From: Hyaloraphidium curvatum SAG 235-1
Taxonomy: Eukaryota > Fungi > Monoblepharomycota
Assembly (NCBI GenBank): GCA_025558095.1
Contig: JAIVFI010000037.1
Location: forward strand, 1-64,000
DNA: 64,000 nucleotides
Reading direction: 5' to 3'
Positions 10,197 to 19,807 of the stretch are shown here, in pieces (the stretch's first letter is position 1; every line of letters starts with the position of its first letter). Made by a program: the position numbers and the translations under genes. The notes beneath the pieces are model-generated. The model made no database searches. It was given only the letters and a program-made list of their open reading frames with translations, and was not told where the DNA came from.

Positions 10197-11668
10197 TCAC
10201 CCCGCGCACATGGTCTCGAGGGTAAAGTACACTCCTGCGGCCCTCAACACCGTCCACAGCCCGAAACACAGCGTCACGCAGGTGACCGCCACCGTCCGCA
10301 CGACCCCCGCGTCCACCACGAACCCCACGAACCTTGCCCTTGCGCCCTCGGTCTGCGCAAACAGCGACAAGAGGGCGTCGTGGTCCGCCAGAGAGCGCGC
10401 GACGGCGGGTTGGTTGTGGGCGCGGGAGCGGAGTAGGAGGACGGAGGAGCGGGTGCGGCGGTACAGGTCCGCCGCGCGGCCGGTGCGGGCGTTGGCCGCG
10501 GCGACGGCGACGAGCTCGTCGCCGATGGCGATGGGCCACAGGAGGAGCATAACAGGGATCCAGAGGGGCACGCAGCCCGCTAGGACGGCGCTGAAGAGCA
10601 TCCACGCAACGAGGTTGGCGGCCATGAGGATGAGCACGAAGCGGCCGTTGGAGATGAAGGCCAGCTGGGCGGGCCAGGATTCGGCGAGACGGAGGTGCAG
10701 CGCCACGTAGGGCTCATCCGCGGCAGGCACGGGCTCCGGACCCCCTTCGACGGCGGCCCTGTGCCTTTCGACCATGTCCGAGAGGAGCAACGACAGAGCG
10801 CGGTGCTGCAGACGTCCAGAAAGATTGAGCACTCGGGAACTAGGAGCGTTGTAAGGCAGGATGAAGTGCGTGACGGGTGTGTAGGCAAGCGTAGCGCAGG
10901 CAAAGAGGGCAAAGAGGAGGATGCTCCACCAGGTCGACCACATGAGAGGGGCAAAGGTGACGAGAAGGGTGTAGGAGGCGAGGAAGAAGGCCGCAAAGAG
11001 AATAAGACTCTGAACAATGGGGTCCACCAGGTACATGATCCAGGTCGAGGTCAGAACGGGGCCGGCGCAGCTGGGCAAGGGACATGGGCAAAGCGGGTCC
11101 TCGGGATTGTGGCGGACCAGAGGCGAGACGTCCGGCTCCTCGCCCGGCTCCAAGTCCGGCACCTGGCACGGCACTTCGCGAGGCTCCGGGGCCAGCAACC
11201 GTCGCCAGCGGACCACGGTTGCGAAAGGGTTCGAGTCCAGCGACGGCACGGTCCGGGCATAGTTGGCGGCGGTCCAGATAGCCAGGCAACCGAGCAAGAC
11301 GTTCGCCACATTGTGGGCGGCGACCGCGGCAGCGCCGACGGCCGCCTGCTTCGCGCCGAACGCGCCCAACCGTGCGTTGAACACCAGGAGCGGCACCAGC
11401 AGCAGCGTCCAGCAGACGGAGCTCAGGATGATCCGCTCGCCCGAGTGCCGTGTCAAAAATCCAAACGCCGCAGAAAGCTGCAAGCGCGTGGTCGCCAGCG
11501 GCACTGGGAGGCCGTCCAGCCCCGAGAGCAGCGCAGCCGCGTCGAGCGCCGGGCCGCCCGCGTAGGTGCCGTCGTCGGGCGAAACCGCCCGCCGTTCGGC
11601 GGAGGTCAGCTCTATGGGCTTCTCGGGCCATTTCCGTCCGCCATTTGGTGATCCGGCCCGTCCGACAT
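10197..11668 (-). CDS. Unnamed 7-TM membrane protein (candidate GRL/DUF3537-like 7TMIC); 1-nt frameshift near codon 16
   Basis: Seven hydrophobic segments, HNPEDPLCPCPLPSCAG motif and C-terminal RARFVGFVVDAGVVRTVAVTCVTLCFGLWTVLR. ATG at 11668 reads MSDGPDHQMADGNGPR, then shifts relative to the paralog at 8294 (CCGAGAAG vs CCGAGGAAG). Confidence 0.7.
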
Positions 11669-12004
11669 GTCTGCTTGTGCTGCGCGTGCGGGCCTTCCTC
11701 GGGGCCTCTGCGATCTCCGCGATCGATGGGAACATTCCTCCGATCCACGTCTCCCACGCGATACAACCATGGCCCCGCCGCTGGTCTTGTGCCCATATGA
11801 TGCCATGTCGCGTGCCTGACTTGCTCTTTGATAGGCGCTGCCCGCGGCCGCCCTCGCCGCCGCGCTGGGCACATACCTCGCCGACCAGCGGTTGAACGTA
11901 TCGGGCGACGTGACGCGCATATAGTGGGTCCGCGACGTGTTGCGCACCTCCCACCTGCTCATTGCGTACCTCATTGACGTCCATGGGACAGCCGGCTGCT
12001 CTCG

Positions 12005-14114
12005 ATGGTCTCCTTCGCGACGAAGCGCGCCGCCGCCGGCCGCGCAAACGCCGCCTTCCTCCTCTTCGAAAACGCCGACGCCCACCCCGCCAAGATCGCC
12101 CTCCGCTCCGAAGACCGCAGGGAATGGACCTACCCCGCCGTCCGCGCCTCGGTCCTCGCCCTCGCCTCCTTCCTCCGCGCCGACCTTGCGCTTTCCCCGG
12201 GCTCCACCGTGGCCGTGCTGATGGACACCTCCCCCGCCATGGTGTTCTGCTACTACGCGTGCTACGCCTCGCGGACCGTCATGGCGGGGCTCAACACGCA
12301 CCTGGTGGGCCCGTCGCTGCTGCACTGCGTGCGGGCGTGCGGGGCGGCGGTGGTCATCGTCGAGCCGGCGTACGTGGAGCGGGTGGAGGCGATCAGGGGT
12401 GAGCTGGAGCGGGACGGGGTGCGGATTGTGCTCTGGGACGAGGGGGCCGAGGGGTCGGGGCCGGTGGTCAATGAACGGTACCTCCTGGCCCGCGCGACGG
12501 ATGGAGGGAAGGCGGTGCTCGAGGACATGGGCAAGACGCAGCTCACGGACCCGGCCTACGTCATGTTCACGTCCGGGGTAGGGGTTCTGGTCGTCGTACC
12601 GAAGTGCCTCCTCTGACAGCAGGCACGGGCAGACGACCGGCGTGCCAAAGGCCAACGTGCGCACACACCAAAACTCCATCTTCTTTGCCGCACCGGGTGG
12701 ACTGATCACATTTGCCGCTCCCAAAGCCAACGACGTCGTCCTCGGGTGTCTGTGGGTTACCCTCTTGTGCCTGCTAGAGTTCGTCTGGGACCCGCTAACG
12801 ACTCCCCAGCCCGCTGTGCCACGTCACCTGCTGGTTCGCCATGACGGGTGCCCTGGGGCAGGGCGCCACCTTTGTCCCGGTGCGCAAGTTCAGCGCGACA
12901 AAGTTCTGGCAGCAGGCCGCGGACCTCGGGGCCACGGTGTTCTACTGTGGGTGATGCGCGCATCTCTGCCGCCACAAGTGCCCACCTCGCTCCCCCCGCA
13001 GACGTCGGCGAGATGGCGCGCTACCTCGCCGCGCAACCCCCTTCCGACCACGAGAAGCGCCACCGCGTCCGCACGGTGGTCGGCAACGGCCTCCGGCGGG
13101 ACCTATTCCCCCTCTTCCCCACGCGCTTCGGCATCCCCCGCGTGGTCGAGATGTACGGCGCCTCGGACGGCACCTCGTTCCTGCTCAACGACTGGACCGC
13201 CGGCAGCCCCGGCGAGGGCAGCGTTGGGCGGGCGGGCCCGCTGCTGCGGAGGATGATGGGCGGGCCGGTGCTGCTGAAGGTGGATGCGGCGTCGGGGGAG
13301 GTGGTGAGGGGGGAGGACGGGCTGTGCAGGGCGGCGGGGCCGGGGGAGCCGGGGGAGTGCGTGAGCCCAGTGGGTTGCTTCCCCTCTGCAACCCGTGGTG
13401 TGTGTGGCTGACGGTTTGCGCAGTGGGTCGAGGGCGCGGTCAACTACCGCAACGACCCCACCTCGGTCGAGAAGAAGATCCTCCGCGACGTGTTCAAGAA
13501 GGGCGACGCCTTCTGGCGCATGGGCGACCTCCTCTCGCGGGACTCGGCCGGGCGCTACTACTTTGTCGACCGCCTCGGCGACACATTCCGCTGGAAATCC
13601 GAGAACGTATCGACGTTCGAGGTGGCGACGTCGCTGGGGGAGCATCCGGCGGTGGAGGACGCGACGGTGTACGGGGTCAAGGTGCCCGGGGCGGCGGGGA
13701 GAGCGGGGATGGCGATCGTGGTGCTCAAGGAGGCGTATCGGGGTTTGCCGAGGGAGGAGACGGAGAAGCTGATGCGGGAGCTGGGGAAGTTCGCGCTGGA
13801 GCGGATTCCCAGATGTGGGTGGCCGGTCTGTGATTGGCGACGGATCTAACGTCTCCGATGCGTCGACGTGCAGACGCGACGCCCGTGTTCGTCCGGCTGC
13901 AGGGCGAGATCGAGCTAACGGTGTCGCTGAAGCACCGCAAGCTCGAGTACCAGAACGAGGGCTACTCCACGGCGGACTGGTGGATGCCGCCAGGATCGTG
14001 AGTGTTTGACTTCGGGTTACGGTAGTGCGAAGGCTGATCGGTGCCAGGGACGAGTACGTGCCGTTCCGCGAAGAGGACATGGTCAAGATCGACGTCGGCA
14101 AGGCGCGACTGTGA
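12005..14114 (+). CDS. FAT1: Fatty acid transport protein / very-long-chain acyl-CoA synthetase (FATP/Fat1-like), multi-exon, C-terminal PTS1-like ARL
   Basis: YVMFTSG|TTGVPKA AMP-binding motif, EMYGASDG, FKKGDAFWRMGDLL, YFVDRLGDTFRWKSENVSTFEV FATP motif; ends DVGKARL*. Confidence 0.85.
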
Positions 14115-14817
14115 AACGGTGTCAGCCTGACCCCAAGCGGCTCCTTCCGCGGCGCGACAGAGAAGAAGCCATCCGTGCATCATATGTGCTTTTGAGGTTA
14201 AATCCTTGAACCCCGCTCACTCCCGTTCACTCCCGCTCTGCCGCGCGATCCCGGCCTCCGAGCCCGAATCTCTGCCTCGTAGTCGCCCGCGTGTCCCCAA
14301 AACCTCGGTTCCCAGCGCGTGTCCCGCATTCCCTCCGAGCTGCCCCGAACGTTGCTCGCCTCCGAACCCATGCCATCGCAGTCGGTCGTCCTCGGCCAAC
14401 GCCGGGCGCCCGGACCGTCGCTGGCTGGCACTGTCGGGTTGCAGAACCACGGCAGAGACGCGCGGCTTCCTTCCGCACGGTCCGCGCCGGTGCACTTCCG
14501 CACGGTCACCCACCCCGCCCACCGGCATTGACTCAGGCCCCCCTCCGCCGTCTCTCCCGTGAGCCTCCCCGCGGTGCGCCCCCGCTCGCCGCGCCCTCCC
14601 CCGCGCCGCCCATCCGCCCGCCGCGCCGCCGGCCCGCGGGGCGCGCGGTTGCCCCGCGCGGCGGCGTGCGCCACCCGCCGCCCGCGCGGCGCACACAAAC
14701 GGGCATTCCGGTCGGCCGGGCAGAAGGGCGCGGGGACGGGCGCGGCGAGACGGCATTTTGGACGCGCGGCTGACGACCGTCCCGCAGGAAGCACCGCACG
14801 CGCGCGCGACAGACACG

Positions 14818-15398
14818 ATGTGGGCACAACCGGCACGGCGCGCCGCATCCCCGCAATCTGACCCGCGGCTGCCTCCTCCGCCCCTTGCTTCCCTTTCTCG
14901 CGGCGTCAATTTCGGCAGGACCGAGGGTCTGAAGCTCGAGACGGTGCCCTTCGACGCCAGGTTCCCCAACCAGAACCAGGTGCGTTGCTCTCGGCTCGGG
15001 GGCCATTTACCCTCCTTTGCTAATCTATTCTACTTCGGCAGACCCGCAACTGCTGGCAGGTGGGCATCCCGGCGGCCGGACCAGGCCGGAGGGCGGATGC
15101 ACGGCTGCGGGGTCATCTCTCCCACCCCGCCCGTCCCCCTCCCCTTACCGCCTCGTGGTCCCCCCATCCGCACATCCTAACCCCCTCTCCCCTCTAGAAC
15201 TTCGTCGACTTCCACCGCTGCGCCAAGGCCAAGGGCGACGACTTCCCCCCCTGCCTGGCCTTCAAGAAGGCCTACCTGTCGCTGTGCCCCAGCGCGTGGG
15301 TGGAGAAGTGGACGGAGCAGCTCGAGAACGGCACGTTCCCGGCCAAGGGCTTGGTGGAGGAGAAGCACGGGCACGATGATGGGCACGGGCACCACTGA
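14818..15398 (+). CDS. COX12: Cytochrome c oxidase subunit 6B with His-rich tail
   Basis: Exons encode (M)TEGLKLETVPFDARFPNQNQ | TRNCWQ (15042-15059) | NFVDFHRCAKAKGDDFPPCLAFKKAYLSLCPSAWVEKWTEQLENGTFP.. with the Cx9C / Cx10C pattern. Confidence 0.93.
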
Positions 15399-15842
15399 AG
15401 GCGTCGAAATGGGGGGAGCACTTTGGGCACCGACGATTTGGGGGGGAGGGGGACGCTAATGCCATCGAGGATTCGACGAAGCAGGCCGCATTGGTGCCGC
15501 CCACATTCTGTCCTCGCGCTCTTTCCCGCTGTCCCGCAGGATGCTCCTCCGTACACGAGCGGGGCTGGCGTACAGGGTTCCGTTGCAGCGACGGACGGGA
15601 TCGGGGCAGCGAAACGCCTCCAAACGATGGCGCTCCATCCATCGGGGTCGCACGAGGTCGGATCGGCGCGCTTTCGTTCGCGATGGCCCGTCTTTCCGTG
15701 CGATTACAAGTGCGCGCCGCCATGGGACGCCCGCTGCGAGGCCCATTCGCCCGAATACCCAGCCCCGGGATGCGGCGGACCGCTATCGGGCTCAAAGCAT
15801 TGTGAAATCGCTCGCAGAGTCCGTTCCTCGGCCTCCATCGCA

Positions 15843-15875
15843 AGTCAGTCACGGCACGAACGTCAGTCAAATCAG
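15843..15875 (+). promoter_or_regulatory. Conserved AGTCAGTCA..GTCAGTCAAA upstream motif of Sel1-kinase copy 1
   Basis: Same motif at 19693-19729, 55925-55960 (-) and 59559-59587, each about 80-125 nt upstream of the ATG. Confidence 0.55.
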
Positions 15876-15953
15876 CGACACCAGCCCGCACCCCCCCTCA
15901 GGGCCTCCACTCCCGCGTTCCTTCGGCGCTCGGACGGGTTCGGCGGGAAAGCG

Positions 15954-18558
15954 ATGTTTCGGAAGAAAGCCGCGGCGAAGCCTGTGAGCGCGGAGAGCGC
16001 GCAGACCGTGGAGAGCGTGGAGAGTGGAGAGGAGTGCCACCGTCGGGGTTGGCAGTACGAGAACGGCGACGGCGTCGCCAACGACCTCGTAGAGGCCGCG
16101 AAGTGGTACTGTAAGTCGGCGGACCAGGGCAACGCGAGCGGGCAGGTCAATCTCGGACGGTGCTACGAATATGGCTGGGGCGTGGCGAAGGATCTTGCCG
16201 AGGCCGCGAAGTGGTACCGCAAGTCGGCGGACCAGGGCAACGCCGTCGGGCAGGTCCACCTCGGACGGTGCTTTGAGAACGGCTGGGGCGTCGTCAAGGA
16301 CCTCGTAGAGGCCGCGAAGTGGTACCGCAAGTCGGCCGACCAGGGCAACGCTGATGGACAGGACAGCCTCGGCGCGTGCTACGAGAACGGGTCGGGTGTG
16401 GCGAAGGACCTCGCCGAAGCCAGCCGGTGGTACCGCAAATCGGCCGACCAGGGCGATGCGTACGGGCAGAAGAACCTAGGACGGTGCTACGAGAACGGCT
16501 GGGGCGTCGCCAACGACCTCGTAGAGGCCGCGAAGTGGTACCGCAAGTCGGCGGACCAGGGCAACGCGAGCGGGCAGTTCAACCTGGGACGGTGCTACGA
16601 ATATGGCTGGGGCGTGGCGAAGGATCTTGCCGAGGCCGCGAAGTGGTACCGCAAGTCGGCGGACCAGGGCAACGCCGTCGGGCAGGTCAACCTCGGACTG
16701 TGCTACGAGAACGGCTGGGGCGTAGCCAAGGATCTCGCAGAGGCTGCAAAGTGGTACCGCAAATCGGCCGACCAGGGCGATTCGTACGGGCAGAACCATC
16801 TCGGCCGGTGCTACGAGAACGGCTGGGGCGTCGCCAAGGATCTTGCCGAGGCGGCAAAGTGGTACCGAAAGGCGGCGGACCAGGGGAACGCCAGCGGGCA
16901 GGTCAATCTCGGAAGGCTTTACGAGAACGGCTGGGGCGTCGCCAAGGACCTCGCCGAGGCCTTGCGGTGGTACCGCAAATCGGCCGACCAGGGCAACTTG
17001 GACGGGCAGTACAATCTCGCACTTTGTTACCAGTTCGGCAAAGGCGTCGAAGTCAATCTCACCACGGCGCTGGATCTGTACCAGAAGGCCGCTGCGCAGG
17101 GTGACGAGGACGCCAAAGCTCGCGTGGAGCAGGTGCAGGCGGCCATCAACGTGCAGCGGGCTGCAGAGGAGCGCCGGCGGACGGAAGAGGCCGAGGCTGC
17201 CGAGCGGAGCCGTGCCGCTGCCGAGGCGCGCGCGAAGCAGGAAGCCGAAGCCGAAGCACGACGCCGGCGGGAGGAAAACTGGGCGAAGGAACGCGAGAGG
17301 CTGGAGCTCGAGCGCCGGCGCCAGGAGGCGGAAGCCGAAGCCCGTCGCCGCCGGGAGGAGGACCTGGCCCACGAGCGCGAGAGGCTGGAGCTCCAGCGCC
17401 GACGGATGGAGCTCGAGAACGAGGCCAAAGCGAGGGAGCTTGCCCTGCTTGCCGAAAGGTTGAAGCTGGAGCAGGAGCTCGCGGCGTTGAAGGTCCCGCA
17501 AGCCCAGACCCGGCTCGACGGATCGGCGCGGACGGCTGTTCCCAGCGCTCCTGGGAGCGCGGCCACGGATCGCACTGCCGACGAGGCCGGCAAGCCCAAC
17601 CTGGCGCGTTCCAAGACCTCGTTCTGGGTGGAAGAGGCCGACATTTCCTACGACCGGTCGAGCTGCCTCGGCAAGGGCGGCTTCGGGGTCGTCTATCGGG
17701 GCAAGTATCTTGACCTGACGGACGTGGCCGTCAAGGTGGCCCTCGACACGTACAGCACGGAGGAAGCCAGCGTCTTTCTCGAGGCCGAGGTCAAGGTCTG
17801 GGCTGAGCTGCCGGCCCACGACAATGGTGAGCGGTATGACTTTCGGCATGATGCGCATCCTGCTCACCAGATCGACTTCCAGTCGTCCCGCTCCTCGGCT
17901 ACCGCACCTCCCCGACGTTCCTGGTCACCAAGCTCTTCACGGGCGGGAGCATGAAGAGCTTCCTCGCCGCCCGGAACTGGGACCTCGCCCTCGCGCTGCA
18001 CCTCCTCGGCGACGCCGCCGTCGGCATGACCTTTCTCCACTCCAAGGGCGTCATCCACTCGGACCTCAAGGCCGAGAACGTGCTCGTCGAGGACGGCACC
18101 CGGATGCCCGTCGCTAAGATCGCCGACTTCGGCCTGGCCAAGGTGCGCACGCGGGTCGAGGACACCAAGGGGAACAAGGCGTACCAGTACCAGGGGCTCG
18201 CGGGGGCGACGATCCGGTACGCGCCGCCCGAGTTCTTCGACGAGGAGCCGCTGCGCAAGCCGTCGGACGTGTGGACGTTCGGGATGATGTGCTACCAGGT
18301 GCTTTCGGGCGGACGGGACCCGTTCTCGGACCTCACGAATCCGCCGGCTGTGAGTTGGCATTCGGCGCGAGCTTCCCGGCCTTGCTAACTGTTTTGCAGG
18401 TCATGAAGGCCATCTTTGGCGGCAAGCGCCCGCCGAGGCCCGACAACGTGCCGGATGCCGTGTGGTCGCTGATGCAGTCGTGCTGGAAGGAGGAGATGGG
18501 CGAGCGGCCGACAATGGCCGAGGTGGCGCGACAGCTCGTCCGGATCAGGGGTCGCTAG
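15954..18558 (+). CDS. Sel1-repeat (10 units) / coiled-coil / TKL-type protein kinase, copy 1
   Basis: 36-aa repeats GQxxLGxCYENGWGVAKDLAEAAKWYRKSADQG; E/R-rich coiled coil; GKGGFG, VAVK, HSDLKAEN, DFG, YAPPE, SDVWTFG. Introns 17827-17882 and 18350-18399. Confidence 0.92.
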
Positions 18559-18769
18559 GGAACGAAATCATCACGGGATTGCAATCCGATACTGTTTCGA
18601 TGACTTCCGCGTCTGCCGCCTGAGGACGCATGGCTCGGCGGGTGATCCGAGTTACGTCAGTCAGCGGCGGCCGGTGGCCAATCCGGCTCTCAAACCCGGT
18701 TTCGACCACGGCGCCATGTCCGCCACGACGGCCTCGCGGCTCGCCGCGCCGTCTCATTCACTGCAGCGG

Positions 18770-19117
18770 AGCGCGGAGACGGGCGCGGCGCGGCGGCATT
18801 CTACGCGCGGCTCACGACCGTCCCGCAGGAAGCACCGCACGCGCGCGCCTTTCCCCCCTCTCCTTACCGTCCCCTCGTCCCCCCATTCGCACCCACTAAC
18901 CCCCTCCCCCCCTTAGAACTTCGTCGACTTCCACCGCTGCGCCAAGGCCAAGGGCGACGACTTCCCCCCCTGCCTGGCCTTCAAGAAGGCTTACCTGTCG
19001 CTGTGCCCCTCGGCGTGGGTGGAGAAGTGGACGGAGCAGCTCGAGAACGGCACGTTCCCGGCCAAGGGCTTGGTGGAGGAGAAGCACGGGCACGATGATG
19101 GGCACGGGCACCACTGA
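18770..19117 (+). pseudogene. COX12: Partial COX6B duplicate (upstream piece fused to last exon; first coding exons deleted)
   Basis: Last exon 18917-19117 is nearly identical to 15198-15398; upstream cccgcaggaagcaccgcacgcgcgcgc jumps straight into the last intron. Confidence 0.85.
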
Positions 19118-19807
19118 ACGGGGGGTGGGGGATGCTTTTGCACTGAACGGGGGGGATTGGGAGGGGACGCTAATGCCATCGAGGATCTGACGAAGCAGGC
19201 CGGAGTGGTGCCGTCCGCGTCGTCCGCGTACCGTCCTTGCCTTCTTTCCCGCCCTCCGTCGCTGGCATCTCCAGGCAAGTCCCCTCCGCCCCGTCGTCCG
19301 CTCACCCGCCTTCGCCCATCGGGACCACCCTGCATCTCAGCGATCCCAACCTGCGCAGCGGGGAGCTCGCAGAGGAGCCGCGTCCCGCGACGGGGCGGAT
19401 GCGCACCGGGCGGCACATCACTCCGGTGCCCGGTGCAACGCCGAAGGACATCGGGGCATCGCGGTGCCTGGGTTCTATGCCAATCCATTCGGCGCGGAAA
19501 CAGGAGCACGGATCGGCGCCGTTCCGGCCGCGATGGCCCCTCTTTCCGTGCGACGCGGAGGGAGGGTCGCCGCCTCGCGCCCGCGGGGTGCGCCTTGGCC
19601 CCGAATTCCCCCAGAGCCGGATCCGGCGGATCACTATCGAGCTCAAGCATCAGCATGACGGCCGCAGAGTCCGTTTCTCGGCCTCCATCGCAAGTCAGTC
19701 ACGGCACGAAAGTCAGTCAGTCAAATCAGCGACACCAGCCCGCGCTCCCCCTCAGGGCCTCCACTCCCGCGTTCCTTCGGCGCTCGGACGGGTTCGCCGG
19801 GGGAGCG

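Noticed and set aside
15423-15953. Long N-terminal extensions on the Sel1-kinase ORFs (also 19157-19807)
   Set aside because: They start at non-ATG codons and are not conserved as protein between copies; the true starts are MFRKK.
16030-17100. Regular 108-bp periodicity resembling a CRISPR or satellite array
   Set aside because: In-frame Sel1 coding repeats with no repeat-spacer structure, in a eukaryotic context.
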